A stretch of DNA of 62,227 bases from Mollicutes bacterium (GCA_012520055.1 JAAYPA010000020.1:1-62227), one strand, 5' to 3'. Shown: positions 39,462-50,037, counted from the first letter of the stretch. A program made the numbers and translations. The notes: generated from the letters alone by a model not told the origin.

Positions 39462-40808
39462 ATGATTGAACGTAAATTGCCCCAAAATAAAGAAGCCGAA
39501 ATGGCCGTATTAGGAAGTGCTTTTCTAACTGGCTATGCTTTAGATAAAGTCTGTGAAGAACTTACTCCGGACATGTTTTTAAGTGAGGCTAATCGTCGTA
39601 TCTTTGAAGCAATTTACGAACTACATGAAAGTAAAATACCTCTTGATTCAGCAACAGTAAAAAATGAAATAGAAAAAAAAGGTAGTATTAATAGTATTGG
39701 CGGAATAGAATATTTAAGCGAAGTAATTGATTCGGTAATAACTGCTGCTAATGTTGATTATTATATTGATATTGTAAGAGAAAAAGCATTAAGAAGAAAA
39801 CTTATTGAAGTAACTAATTTAATTTGTCATAATGCTTATAACGAAGAAGAAAACACTAATGAAATAATTGATGATGCGGAAAAGAAAATCTTTGCCGTAA
39901 CTAAAGCTCGCAAAGCCGGGGAATTCAAAACTATCGGGGAAGTTATCAGAAATACCCAAGAACATTTGGAAAGACTGGCTAAAAATCAAGCTGATATTAC
40001 CGGAGTACCAAGTGGATTTTATGATTTAGATAAAATAACGAGTGGATTTCATGAAAATGAACTCGTTATTGTTGCCGCAAGACCGGCCATGGGTAAAACT
40101 GCTTTTGGTTTAAATCTAGCAGTTAATGCAGCATTAAATACTAAAAAACCGGTAGCTATTTTCAATATGGAAATGAGTGCCGAACAACTGGCTTTACGTA
40201 TGATTGCAGCAGCTGGTTCAATTGATATGAATAAACTTAAAACTGGAAGACTGGAACATAGTGACTGGAAAAAAGTTAACGAAGCAATGAGTCAATTAGG
40301 TGAAACCGAAATCTATATTGAAGATGCGTCCGGTATGACTGTTTCCGAAATAAGAGCTAAATGTAGAAGGTTAGCTACCAGTGATAAAGGACTTTCTATG
40401 GTTATCATCGACTACTTACAATTAATTGAGGGAAGTAGCAGATATGCCGGAAATCGTCAACAAGAAGTATCTGAAATATCAAGATCATTAAAAACTATGG
40501 CTATGGAATTAAAAGTTCCAGTTATAGCTCTAGCTCAATTATCTCGTAGTGTTGAACTAAGAGAAAATAAAAGACCTTTAATGAGTGACTTAAGAGAATC
40601 AGGATCAATTGAACAAGACGCCGACATAGTTATGTTCTTATATCGTGATGATTATTATAATAAAACTGCTCAAGAAAGTAACAATACTTCAATAACTGAA
40701 CTTATTATCGGTAAACATCGTAATGGTAGTACCGGAACAGTAGAGTTACTATTTGAAAGAAGTATGAGTAATTTCAGAAACTATTTAAAATCAAGTGAGG
40801 AAAAATAA
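39462..40808 (+). CDS. dnaB: Replicative DNA helicase (DnaB family)
   Basis: 'PQNKEAEMAVLGS', Walker A 'ARPAMGKTAF', 'RESGSIEQDAD'. Confidence 0.95.
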   Translation: MIERKLPQNKEAEMAVLGSAFLTGYALDKVCEELTPDMFLSEANRRIFEAIYELHESKIPLDSATVKNEIEKKGSINSIGGIEYLSEVIDSVITAANVDYYIDIVREKALRRKLIEVTNLICHNAYNEEENTNEIIDDAEKKIFAVTKARKAGEFKTIGEVIRNTQEHLERLAKNQADITGVPSGFYDLDKITSGFHENELVIVAARPAMGKTAFGLNLAVNAALNTKKPVAIFNMEMSAEQLALRMIAAAGSIDMNKLKTGRLEHSDWKKVNEAMSQLGETEIYIEDASGMTVSEIRAKCRRLATSDKGLSMVIIDYLQLIEGSSRYAGNRQQEVSEISRSLKTMAMELKVPVIALAQLSRSVELRENKRPLMSDLRESGSIEQDADIVMFLYRDDYYNKTAQESNNTSITELIIGKHRNGSTGTVELLFERSMSNFRNYLKSSEEK

Positions 40809-42340
40809 TGAGAATAAAAAATAATATTCTAGGATTCTTTCTTTCAATTATTATTGGAATATTTGTTTTTTTCGTGGGTATTAATGCCAAAGGAGAAGGA
40901 ACACCAAACCTTGTTTATCGAGTTTACTTAAATGGTGAAACGGTTGGATATATTAATTCAGATAAAGAATTACTTGATTTGATTGATTTAAAACAAAAAC
41001 AAATAAAGGAAAAATATCATGTTGATAAAGTATATCCCCCAAGAGGTTTGGAAATTAAAGAAACATATACTTATAATGATGTGGCAATTTCTTCCGAAGA
41101 AATATATGAAATAATTGAGGATAAACAACCATTTACTATTAATGGTTATACGATAGTAATTGATTATCCCGACAGTGAAGATGAAAGTCAGAATAAAGAA
41201 AATATTTATATTAATGTATTAAAAAAAGAAGATTTTGAAGAAGCTTTTAAAGATGTAATCAGAGCATTTGTCGGTTCAAAAGAATTTGAACTATACACTA
41301 CCGACAGTCAACCGAAAATAATTGATGTAGGTTCTAATATTGAAACTATTTATTGGGAAGAAAAAGTAACTATTAAAGAAAACTTAATAAGTGTTGATTC
41401 TGAGATATTTACCAGTGCCAATGATATAAGTAAATATTTACTCTTTGGAACTTTAGATAAACAAGATACTTATGAAATTAAACAAGGGGATGATATAAAG
41501 ACTGTAGCTCATAATAATAATTTATCTGTTGAGGAATTCTTAATAGTTAATCCTCAGTTTACCAGTGAAAATATTATATTAAATCCAGGCCAAATCGTTA
41601 ATATTGGTTTAATTAAACCTTTAGTTACCGTTGTTGCCGAAATGCACGTTGTTGAAGATTTGGTTTATCGTTTTAAAACAGAATATATTGAAGATGAAAC
41701 AGCTTATTATGGTACCCAAAAAGTAATTCAAGAAGGTGCAGACGGTATAACCAGAGTTACCGAAAAAGTATTATATAAAAATGGGGAAATAAATAACTTA
41801 GTTATTAATCATGCTTTATCCGTTGAAATTAAACCGGTAATTAATAAAATAATTTCCCGTGGTATCAGAAGTAATAGTGGATATGGTTTTGAATATTATA
41901 CAAGTGCTGATAGTGCCTGGATGTGGCCAACAGTTAACCCTTGTATTATTACCAGTTATGTTTCACCAAGATGGGGAGGTTATCATAAAGGACTTGATAT
42001 TTCTGGAGCCGGATCTGGTTCACCTATTTATTCTGCTACTGACGGAGTTGTCATTGATGTTACCACCGGATGTGCTTCACCTAGTTCTGGTCTAAGCGAC
42101 AATTGTGGTGGTGGATATGGTAACAAAGTTACCGTTCAAACTTCCGATGGATTATATGCAATCATATATGCTCACTTAACCCGAGATGTCAAAGCAAAAG
42201 TAGGAGATAGAGTTAACCGTGGCCAAATAATCGGTTATATGGGTAGCTCAGGTAAATCTACTGGAACTCACTTACATTTTGAAATTAGAAATACACTTGG
42301 ATCCATAGTTGATCCATGTAAGAAATTCTATAACTGCTAG
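40808..42340 (+). CDS. Membrane-anchored M23 peptidase with LysM and G5 domains
   Basis: TM, LysM ('YEIKQGDDIKTVAHNNNLSVEEF'), G5 ('QEGADGITRV'), and M23 ('HKGLDISG', 'GSSGKSTGTHLHFEI'). Confidence 0.85.
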   Translation: MRIKNNILGFFLSIIIGIFVFFVGINAKGEGTPNLVYRVYLNGETVGYINSDKELLDLIDLKQKQIKEKYHVDKVYPPRGLEIKETYTYNDVAISSEEIYEIIEDKQPFTINGYTIVIDYPDSEDESQNKENIYINVLKKEDFEEAFKDVIRAFVGSKEFELYTTDSQPKIIDVGSNIETIYWEEKVTIKENLISVDSEIFTSANDISKYLLFGTLDKQDTYEIKQGDDIKTVAHNNNLSVEEFLIVNPQFTSENIILNPGQIVNIGLIKPLVTVVAEMHVVEDLVYRFKTEYIEDETAYYGTQKVIQEGADGITRVTEKVLYKNGEINNLVINHALSVEIKPVINKIISRGIRSNSGYGFEYYTSADSAWMWPTVNPCIITSYVSPRWGGYHKGLDISGAGSGSPIYSATDGVVIDVTTGCASPSSGLSDNCGGGYGNKVTVQTSDGLYAIIYAHLTRDVKAKVGDRVNRGQIIGYMGSSGKSTGTHLHFEIRNTLGSIVDPCKKFYNC

Positions 42341-42348
42341 GTGAGGAT

Positions 42349-43113
42349 ATGGAAGTAACAGTACTAGCCAGTGGATCAAAGGGTAATTCGACTTTAATTA
42401 AAACTAAGAATAAATTAATTTTAGTTGATGCCGGTATGAATATGAAATACTTAGAAACTAAACTAAGAGAAATAGAAGTATTACTTAAAGATATTGATTA
42501 TATTATTATTACTCATACCCATTCTGACCATATTAGTTCTTTACCGGTTTTAATTAAAACAATACATCCTACAGTTATTGTTACGAAAAAAATGTTAAAA
42601 GATTTATCTATTTTAAATGAATATGACCAAGTATTATTTTTAGAAAATGATTTAGAAATAGATAATTTAAAAATAGAATCAATCCCTACTAGTCATGATG
42701 CAATTGACAGTAGGGGTTATATTATTAGTGAAGATAATACTTCTGTAGTAATAATAACTGATACTGGGTATTTAAATAAAAAATACTTTGATAAATTATA
42801 TAATAAAGATCTTTATATTTTTGAAAGTAATCATGATATAGAAATGCTTTTACATGGAAGATATCCTAAATGGTTAAAACAAAGAGTATTAAGTGATGTC
42901 GGACATCTTTCCAATCAATCAGCTTCTTATTATTTAAGTAAGTTAATTGGGCCTAATACCAAAAAGATTATTTTGGCTCATCTTAGTGAAGAAAACAATA
43001 CTCCAGATATGGCTTTAGATAGTATTAAAGAATATTTTTCACAAGAAAATATTGAGTTTACAAATATTGTCATTGCTAATCAGTTTGAAATAACCGAAAG
43101 GACAAAAATATGA
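42349..43113 (+). CDS. yycJ: MBL-fold metallo-hydrolase, YycJ/WalJ-like
   Basis: 'ASGSKGNSTLI', 'ITHTHSDH', and its position upstream of rlmH. Confidence 0.8.
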   Translation: MEVTVLASGSKGNSTLIKTKNKLILVDAGMNMKYLETKLREIEVLLKDIDYIIITHTHSDHISSLPVLIKTIHPTVIVTKKMLKDLSILNEYDQVLFLENDLEIDNLKIESIPTSHDAIDSRGYIISEDNTSVVIITDTGYLNKKYFDKLYNKDLYIFESNHDIEMLLHGRYPKWLKQRVLSDVGHLSNQSASYYLSKLIGPNTKKIILAHLSEENNTPDMALDSIKEYFSQENIEFTNIVIANQFEITERTKI

Positions 43114-43541
43114 TAAGATTAATAGTAGTAGGTAAAATTAAAGAACAATATTTAGTTAATATGATAGAAGATTATTTTAAAAGAATTAACAAATATCATA
43201 AACTGGAAATTGTATTAATACCTGATAGTAATCCTAAATTAGAAGCAGAAAAGATTATTAAAAAAATAGAAAATAATTATAATGTTGCTTTAGATATTCA
43301 TGGAGAAGAATTAGATTCTCCAAAGTTTGCTAAGTTTATCGAACAAACTTTAATGACTAAAGCCAATATTAATTTTATTATTGGTGGATCAGAAGGATTA
43401 ACCAGTGAAGTAATAACAAAATGTGATAAACGAATTTCTTTTGGAAAAATGACTTTTCCACATGGTTTATTTAGAGCTAACCTTTTAGAACAAATTTATC
43501 GCAGTTTTAAAATACTAAATAATGAAACATATCATAAGTGA
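43110..43541 (+). CDS. rlmH: 23S rRNA (pseudouridine1915-N3)-methyltransferase RlmH
   Basis: SPOUT family, 'IIGGSEGL', 'SFGKMTFPH'. Confidence 0.9.
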   Translation: MIRLIVVGKIKEQYLVNMIEDYFKRINKYHKLEIVLIPDSNPKLEAEKIIKKIENNYNVALDIHGEELDSPKFAKFIEQTLMTKANINFIIGGSEGLTSEVITKCDKRISFGKMTFPHGLFRANLLEQIYRSFKILNNETYHK

Positions 43542-43547
43542 GGTAGT

Positions 43548-43976
43548 ATGGAAAAGCAGTATATTCCGGTTGTAGGAACAGCCTTTGTTAAAGATGGAAA
43601 ATTATTAATCAGTATGTCACAAAGAAGTTCAAAAAAAGGAAAATTTACATTAGTTGGTGGGGGAGTAGAGCTTGGTGAAACTTATAAGGAAGCAGCCGTA
43701 AGAGAAATTAGTGAAGAAATTGCTAATGGTTTCCAAATAAGTGAAGATGAATTAGAAGAAATCCTGTGTTTTAGAGAACCGGCATTATCGGATCCCAATT
43801 TAAATATTGAAATGCATATGATGCTTGCCAAAAAAGAAATTGATGTAGAATTATTACCAAATGATGAAATTTTGGAATATAGGTGGTATACTTTAGGTGA
43901 AGATGATTCAATACTAGCTACTGCCATCAAGGATCATTTTATTCCTTGGGCAGTTGAAAACAATATTATGTACTAG
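43548..43976 (+). CDS. NUDIX hydrolase
   Basis: Nudix box 'GGGVELGETYKEAAVREISEEI'. Confidence 0.85.
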   Translation: MEKQYIPVVGTAFVKDGKLLISMSQRSSKKGKFTLVGGGVELGETYKEAAVREISEEIANGFQISEDELEEILCFREPALSDPNLNIEMHMMLAKKEIDVELLPNDEILEYRWYTLGEDDSILATAIKDHFIPWAVENNIMY

Positions 43977-43979
43977 GCT

Positions 43980-44537
43980 ATGAATGATTTAAATATAGAA
44001 AAATCTAAATGTAGTTTTTTAAAGTTTATGGCAATTTTAATTCCACTTGTCATAGTAATTTCATATGCCTTTTTTACCGATAATGGTATAAGAGAAAAAG
44101 AAATGATCTTCCATTTGGAAAATACTTCATATATTAATTTAATTACCGATAATAATGATTATATTAATAGTACTAATATAGGTTGTACTAATACTGATGC
44201 TATAGATCAAGAGGCTAAAAAGAAAACATTTAAAATTAAAACCGGTAATAATAAACATAATCTTACCTATGATTTATCTTTATGTGAATTAACCTTAAGT
44301 TCTAAACTACAGGTTCCGGAGTTCAAATGGCAATTAACTAAAGATGATGCGGTTATTAATGAAGGAAATTTTGATACTTACAGTGATAGTATTAATTTAG
44401 CTTCCGGATTAATTATTGAATCAAACAGTGTTCAGGAGTATGAATTAAAAGTTTGGTTGGAAGAAACCGAAGAAAATAAAAGTATTGATAATAAAGGTAT
44501 ATTTAGTGGTAAAATTTCTTTCAATTTGGTTGATTAA
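43980..44537 (+). CDS. Second TasA/camelysin-type signal-peptide protein; function unknown
   Basis: TM followed by 'YAFFTDNG'. It has the same overall architecture as 13530..14093. Confidence 0.5.
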   Translation: MNDLNIEKSKCSFLKFMAILIPLVIVISYAFFTDNGIREKEMIFHLENTSYINLITDNNDYINSTNIGCTNTDAIDQEAKKKTFKIKTGNNKHNLTYDLSLCELTLSSKLQVPEFKWQLTKDDAVINEGNFDTYSDSINLASGLIIESNSVQEYELKVWLEETEENKSIDNKGIFSGKISFNLVD

Positions 44538-44640
44538 ATTTTCTTGTTATGTTAAGATATTTAAGGTGGTAGAAATGATGGTAGTAGAGAGCGTGAAACT
44601 ATTTCTAAATATCGTTGTTACTAATTTTATTTTTAAACTT

Positions 44641-44667
44641 AAAACACTAAGCAATTAGTGTTTTTTG
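44641..44667 (+). terminator. Leader terminator (possible attenuator) upstream of the pyrP relic and upp
   Basis: 10-bp stem aaaacactaa/ttagtgtttt, GNRA loop gcaa, T-run. It sits between a putative promoter (tgttaagat) and SD ggagg. Confidence 0.6.
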
Positions 44668-44698
44668 TATGTCCATCACAAATTAGAAGGAGGAAAAA

Positions 44699-44902
44699 AT
44701 GAAAAACAAATTAATTCTTGATGTTCATGACAAACCAAAAACCGCAGCTTTGTTAATTTTAGGTTTGGGAGGAGCAGCTTTATCAATTGTTACTAAAAAC
44801 ATATCTTTTAGTATTTCGGGAATGAGTTTAGTAGCCATAATCGGTGTACTTTTAAATAGAGGTTTACCAAAAGAAAGGACAGTTAATAAATATGACTTAT
44901 AG
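44699..44902 (+). pseudogene. pyrP: Internally deleted uracil permease (pyrP/uraA) relic, 67 codons
   Basis: The N-terminus 'MKNKLILDVHDKPK' is a permease start, fused to 'ILGLGGAALSIV...[22 protein letters not shown]'. This matches the last TM of B. subtilis PyrP ('VIGVGGAFIQV...VSGMALAAIVGVILNLILPQAKEE', recalled from memory). Confidence 0.65.
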
Positions 44903-45521
44903 TCTTGAAAAAAATAATGCATTAATAAAACATAAGTTAAGCATTTTAAGAAATAAAAAAACCGGCACTAAAGAATTCAGAGAGCTTATTAATGAAATAG
45001 CTACACTTTTATGTTATGAAGCCATGAAAGATGTAAAGCTTGAAGAATGTACTATTGAAACACCTATTTGTAAAACCAAAGGATATTTACTAGATGAAAA
45101 TAAATATGCTTTTATCTCTATATTAAGAGCTGGAAACGGTATGATTGATGGTTTAACTAAAGTTATACCAAATGCTAAGATTGGTCATATCGGATTATAT
45201 CGTAATGAAGAAACTTTAGAACCGGTAAAATATTACTATAAAGTACCTAAAGATATTAAAAATCGTGAAGTAATTCTTCTTGATCCGATGCTGGCAACCG
45301 GAGGGTCAGCAGCCGAATCTATCAAATTATTAAAAGAAGAAGGCGTAAAGAAAATAAAATTCTTATGTATTATTGCTGCTCCGGAAGGTATAACTAAATT
45401 ACAGATAGAATATCCAGATGTAGATATCTATTGTGCTGTAATTGATGAATGTTTGAATGAAAATGGTTATATTGTTCCCGGTTTAGGGGATGCCGGAGAT
45501 CGTATTTTCGGTACCAAATAA
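44892..45521 (+). CDS. upp: Uracil phosphoribosyltransferase
   Basis: '[14 protein letters not shown]', 'ILRAGNGM', '[12 protein letters not shown]', '[12 protein letters not shown]'. Confidence 0.95.
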   Translation: MTYSLEKNNALIKHKLSILRNKKTGTKEFRELINEIATLLCYEAMKDVKLEECTIETPICKTKGYLLDENKYAFISILRAGNGMIDGLTKVIPNAKIGHIGLYRNEETLEPVKYYYKVPKDIKNREVILLDPMLATGGSAAESIKLLKEEGVKKIKFLCIIAAPEGITKLQIEYPDVDIYCAVIDECLNENGYIVPGLGDAGDRIFGTK

Positions 45522-45573
45522 GAAGTTTATACTTCTTTTTTTTATGTTATAATACGAAAGAAGGAGTAAAAAT

Positions 45574-46233
45574 ATGTTTAATAATGATTGGGATCAAATA
45601 TTAAAAGTAGTATGGACAAGTCCAGGATTTAAAAATTTTATGGATATGGTAAACAAGGAATACGAAAACAATATTGTCTATCCACCTAAGGATTATATAT
45701 TTAATGCTTTGAAGCTTACTCCTTATAAGGATGTTAAAGTTGTCATAGTAGGACAGGATCCTTATCATGGAGAAAAAGAAGCCCATGGATTATCTTTTTC
45801 TGTTCAAAATGGCATAAAACTTCCACCGTCTTTAAAAAATATTTTTAAAGAATTGGAAGATGACTTAAATATTAAATCACCTAATTGTGGTGATCTTACT
45901 AAATGGGCTAAAGAAGGAGTATTACTTTTAAATTCTACTTTAACGGTTATCAAAGATCATCCAAACAGTCATAAAGACTTAGGTTGGAGCCTTTTAACGG
46001 ATTATATTATTAAAGCATTAAATTTAAGAGAAGATCCAGTCGTTTTTATCTTATGGGGTAATTTTGCCCGTAGCAAAAAAGAACTCATTACTAACAAACA
46101 CCATTTAATTATTGAATCTACCCATCCATCACCATTTAGTGCTAATCATGGTTTCTTTGGAAGCAAGCCTTTTTCCAAAACTAATGAATTTCTAACAAAT
46201 AATCATAAACCACCGATAGATTGGCAGTTATAG
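45574..46233 (+). CDS. ung: Uracil-DNA glycosylase (family 1)
   Basis: 'VVIVGQDPYHG', 'GLSFSV', 'GVLLLN', 'HPSPFSA'. Confidence 0.95.
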   Translation: MFNNDWDQILKVVWTSPGFKNFMDMVNKEYENNIVYPPKDYIFNALKLTPYKDVKVVIVGQDPYHGEKEAHGLSFSVQNGIKLPPSLKNIFKELEDDLNIKSPNCGDLTKWAKEGVLLLNSTLTVIKDHPNSHKDLGWSLLTDYIIKALNLREDPVVFILWGNFARSKKELITNKHHLIIESTHPSPFSANHGFFGSKPFSKTNEFLTNNHKPPIDWQL

Positions 46234-46289
46234 ATTGCTATTTCTCAAAAATATGATAACATATAGAAAAACATTTCAAGGGGATTTTT

Positions 46290-46925
46290 ATGACAGGTTT
46301 TAGAGAAACTAAAGAATTGGAAGAGTTAGAAAATTTATATAATAAATATAGAAAATATAGTCCTGATTTAAAATATAATTTAGAGTCGGTAAACGGAACA
46401 AAATATCTTAAAGAATTAATGGAAATTTATCTATCTGCTTTTAATACAGCTGATAAGAATCTTAATATAAGAAGACCGATGTTAGAAAGTATTGAAAGTA
46501 TTGATAATAATGTTTCTAAACAATTAAATGAAGATATAAATAAAAGTTGGATATTTTATTTTTTATATAACATGTATTTTTTAAAAAGAGTTTTAAGATT
46601 ATATTTTAATCAAATAAAAGTTGAAAATTTTATAGAGTTTTGTAATTTATATTTATTTTTAGATATAGCTGAAGAATTATATAAATTACCAAATTTTGCA
46701 AAATATAGTTTTAATTCTAAAGAAGCACATGAAACAGACAATATAGATTATAGTTATAGAGTTAATCTGGCTGGACAGATAGTTTGCCATTTTAAATCAA
46801 GAAAAGAAGTATTATGGAAAATAGTCAAAGATTATTTAAAAGATGGTGAAAAAAACACTAAATATTTATATGGAATTGCTCCAAAAAAAAACAAAAATAA
46901 TGTAATTGAATTTCGTAAAAAATAA
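46290..46925 (+). CDS. Hypothetical protein, apparently all-helical
   Basis: Long ORF with SD 'aagggga'. I recognise no motif. Confidence 0.45.
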   Translation: MTGFRETKELEELENLYNKYRKYSPDLKYNLESVNGTKYLKELMEIYLSAFNTADKNLNIRRPMLESIESIDNNVSKQLNEDINKSWIFYFLYNMYFLKRVLRLYFNQIKVENFIEFCNLYLFLDIAEELYKLPNFAKYSFNSKEAHETDNIDYSYRVNLAGQIVCHFKSRKEVLWKIVKDYLKDGEKNTKYLYGIAPKKNKNNVIEFRKK

Positions 46926-46948
46926 ACACACTAAATTAGTGTGTTTTA
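46924..46948. terminator. Bidirectional terminator with the same stem as the murF terminator
   Basis: Stem aacacacta/tagtgtgtt, loop aat. Confidence 0.75.
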
Positions 46949-47494
46949 TAATTTAAAGTCTTCTTTATCTTCATCAAACATATTTTTTCCGTCAAAGAAG
47001 GTTTGAACTTCTATATGATGAATTTTAGCTATAATATTAGAAGGGAATCTTTTAATTAATTTATTTAATAAACTTGTATACCTATTATAAAAGGTTTTAG
47101 ATGCTTCTAGTCTTTCATTTAATTCATATATTTCTTCAAAATTATCATTAAATGCTTCAGTATCTACTAAAGTACTGTGGTCGGTTTTTATCTGATTTAT
47201 TAAATTATTATATTCGGTTAATTTTCTTTCCAAATCAAAACTGGATATATTTACTTCTCTTAATTTACTAAAAGGTTCAAAAGTTTTTTCCTTTATATCA
47301 GTATTATCCATAATAATTTGTTTTAAAATTTCTAACAAATCATATTTTTTACGTAGTAATTCATCTATAATTCCTTCAGCTTCATTAATTTTAATTTTAT
47401 GAGCTTGTAAATTATTATAAGATAATATATAAATTAATCCGAATATACCAAGTAATATTATGACTGTTAAAAAAATAGTAATTATATTGTCCAC
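46946..47494 (-). CDS. lemA: LemA-family membrane protein
   Basis: One TM followed by 'NNLQAHKIKINEAEGIIDELLRKKYDLL' and 'ASKTFYNRYTSLLNKLIKRFPSNIIA'. I prefer GTG 47494 after SD ggtga, and the track start 47602 overlaps the neighbouring promoter. Confidence 0.75.
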   Translation of the reverse strand: MDNIITIFLTVIILLGIFGLIYILSYNNLQAHKIKINEAEGIIDELLRKKYDLLEILKQIIMDNTDIKEKTFEPFSKLREVNISSFDLERKLTEYNNLINQIKTDHSTLVDTEAFNDNFEEIYELNERLEASKTFYNRYTSLLNKLIKRFPSNIIAKIHHIEVQTFFDGKNMFDEDKEDFKL

Positions 47495-47566
47495 ATCCGT
47501 CACCAGTATAATTATATCATAGCATAAATATTTATGGTATAATTTTAGAAAACTAAGGATGGTAAA

Positions 47567-48088
47567 ATGAAAATAGAATGTATAAAAGTAGGAGATTTCC
47601 AAACTAATTGTTATATATTAAATAAAAATGGTAAAAAAATTATCATAGATCCCGGTGCTGAATTTTTAAAGATTGATCAATATATTAATAATGATTTAGT
47701 TGCAATATTAATAACTCATAATCATTTTGATCATGTAGGAGCTTTAGAGTCATTAAAAGAAAAATATCATGTTCCGGTATATAAATATGATAATTTAAAA
47801 GATTATTTGGAAATTGCCGATTTTAAATTTAAGACTATTCATAATCCAGGCCATACCATAGATTTGGTTGGTTATTTAATAGATAATCATTTATTTGGTG
47901 GAGATTTTATTTTTAAAAACACAATAGGTCGAACTGATTTACCAACCGGAAATAATAAAGACATGAAAAAAAGTATTGAAAACATTCTAAAATATCCGGA
48001 TGATTTAATTATTTATCCGGGTCATGATGATATTACAACTTTAAAAGATGAAAGAATAAATTTAGAAAATATTTTAAAATATCTTTAA
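47567..48088 (+). CDS. MBL-fold hydrolase (glyoxalase II-like)
   Basis: 'LITHNHFDHVGA', 'PGHT', 'GDFIF...GRTDLP'. Extended -10 'tggtataat' upstream. Confidence 0.8.
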   Translation: MKIECIKVGDFQTNCYILNKNGKKIIIDPGAEFLKIDQYINNDLVAILITHNHFDHVGALESLKEKYHVPVYKYDNLKDYLEIADFKFKTIHNPGHTIDLVGYLIDNHLFGGDFIFKNTIGRTDLPTGNNKDMKKSIENILKYPDDLIIYPGHDDITTLKDERINLENILKYL

Positions 48089-48348
48089 ATAATCATTCTT
48101 TCTTCAAATTCAATATAATAAATATATTTTTGCGGAATAAAATACCAATTCCCATTACTAGGATCACTTAGTATCAGTGAGTCTTCTTTATATTGTTCTA
48201 AAATACCGGAAAATATCTTATGATCTTCAGTATTATATATTAAAGAATAAACTTTAATTTTTTTTCCGATATTATCTTTTAAAATATTATAATCATTTCT
48301 TATTTCATTTTCTTCAAATGAAGGATTTTTAAAAAATGTTCCATTCAT
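48085..48348 (-). CDS. gerQ: GerQ-like spore coat protein
   Basis: 'IGKKIKVYSLIYNTEDHKIFSGILEQYKEDSLILSDPSNGNWYFIPQKYIYYIEFEE' parallels the conserved C-terminal domain of B. subtilis GerQ. Confidence 0.6.
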   Translation of the reverse strand: MNGTFFKNPSFEENEIRNDYNILKDNIGKKIKVYSLIYNTEDHKIFSGILEQYKEDSLILSDPSNGNWYFIPQKYIYYIEFEERMII

Positions 48349-48466
48349 ATTATCACCTAATAAAAAATATGTATTTTGTGTTAAATTATGTTATATTATA
48401 TAAATGATATATATTGATTTTTAAAGTAAAAAAAGATATACTACCGCTAAAGAAAGAAGGAATACC

Positions 48467-49945
48467 ATGCGTGAACTAACCGATCAAGAAGAAGTCAGAA
48501 GACAAAAATTAGAAGAGTTACGTCAAAAAGGAGTAAATCCTTTTGGTGGAAAATATGATGTGACTAGTGATTCTAAACAAATTAAAGATAACTTTGATAA
48601 ATACAGTAAAGAAGAACTAGCTGAATCTAAACCGGAAGTAATTATAGCAGGACGTATCGTTTCTAAACGTCGTAGTGGTAAGGCTGGTTTTATGCATATT
48701 TTAGATAAATATGGTAAAATTCAAATTTATATCAGTATTGATTCAGTTGGAGAAGAAAACTATGAATTATATAAAGAAGCCGATTTAGGAGATATTATTG
48801 GTATTGAAGGTTTTGTATGCAGAACCAATACCGGAGAACTTACCGTTCATGCTACTAAATATATTCATTTAGTAAAAGCTTTAAGACCATTACCGGAAAA
48901 ATATCATGGTCTTCAAGATACGGAAGAAAGATACAGAAGACGTTATGTTGATTTAATTGTTAATGAAGATGCTCGTAGAATTGCTTTTACAAGACCAAAG
49001 ATTATTCGTAAAATTCAAAATTATTTAGATAACTTAGGTTATGTTGAAGTTGAAACTCCGATATTAGGAACTATTTTAGGAGGAGCAGCTGCAAGACCAT
49101 TTGTAACTCACCATAATACTTTAGATATTGATATGTACTTAAGAATAGCTACCGAATTACCTTTAAAAAGATTATTAGTGGGTGGTATGGATGCTGTTTA
49201 TGAAATTGGTAGATTATTTAGAAATGAAGGTATGGATCGCTCTCATAATCCGGAATTTACAACTATCGAATTATATAAAGCTTACAGTGATTTAAATGGT
49301 ATGATGCAGTTATGTGAAGATTTATTCAAAATAGTTGCCAAAGATATTTGCGGAACCTATAAATTTAACTGGAAAGATCATGAAATAGATCTTGAACCAA
49401 ATTTTAGAAAAGTACATATGGTTGATTTAATAAAAGAAAAAACCGGTATCAATTTCTTTGATAATATGAGTTTAGAAGAAGCCAGAAAATTAGCTGCTGA
49501 ACATCAAATTGAAATTGAAGAACATTTTGGTTATGGACATATTGTTAATGCTTTCTTTGAAAAATACTGTGAAGAAGATGTGGTTGAACCAACCTTTGTA
49601 TATGGTCATCCGATTGAAATTAGTCCACTGGCTACTAAATCAAAAGATCCAAGATGGACTGAAAGATTTGAATTATTTATCGGGGGTTCGGAATTTGCCA
49701 ATGCATTTACTGAATTAAATGATCCGATTGATCAATATGAAAGATTTGAAAATCAAATGAAAGAAAGAGAACTTGGTAATGATGAAGCCAATGAAATGGA
49801 TCTTGATTTCGTTGAAGCCCTAGAATATGGCATGCCACCTGCCGGTGGTATGGGGATCGGTATTGATCGTTTGATAATGTTATTAACAGGAGCAGATACT
49901 ATTCGGGAAGTAATTTTATTCCCAACTATGAAAATTAAGTACTAA
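48467..49945 (+). CDS. lysS: Lysine--tRNA ligase (class II)
   Basis: OB anticodon-binding domain plus class II motifs ('FRNEG', 'GMGIGIDRL'). Confidence 0.96.
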   Translation: MRELTDQEEVRRQKLEELRQKGVNPFGGKYDVTSDSKQIKDNFDKYSKEELAESKPEVIIAGRIVSKRRSGKAGFMHILDKYGKIQIYISIDSVGEENYELYKEADLGDIIGIEGFVCRTNTGELTVHATKYIHLVKALRPLPEKYHGLQDTEERYRRRYVDLIVNEDARRIAFTRPKIIRKIQNYLDNLGYVEVETPILGTILGGAAARPFVTHHNTLDIDMYLRIATELPLKRLLVGGMDAVYEIGRLFRNEGMDRSHNPEFTTIELYKAYSDLNGMMQLCEDLFKIVAKDICGTYKFNWKDHEIDLEPNFRKVHMVDLIKEKTGINFFDNMSLEEARKLAAEHQIEIEEHFGYGHIVNAFFEKYCEEDVVEPTFVYGHPIEISPLATKSKDPRWTERFELFIGGSEFANAFTELNDPIDQYERFENQMKERELGNDEANEMDLDFVEALEYGMPPAGGMGIGIDRLIMLLTGADTIREVILFPTMKIKY

Positions 49946-49959
49946 GTACTTAATTTTTT
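49934..49959 (+). terminator. Intrinsic terminator after lysS
   Basis: 9-bp stem attaagtac/gtacttaat with the stop codon in the loop, then a T-run. Confidence 0.7.
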
Positions 49960-50037
49960 ATTTAATTTTGCTTAAAATAAGCAAAAAATAGGCGAAAAAA
50001 ATAAAATTGTGTTATAATTATTTTAGGAGGAGGTAAA

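Noticed and set aside
44570-44640. Confident PyrR-binding anti-antiterminator call
   Set aside because: Only the 'AGAGAG' core matches the PyrR loop consensus, and the flanking conserved bases (UCC...GGCU) are missing. I kept it only as a possibility in the pyrP-relic finding.
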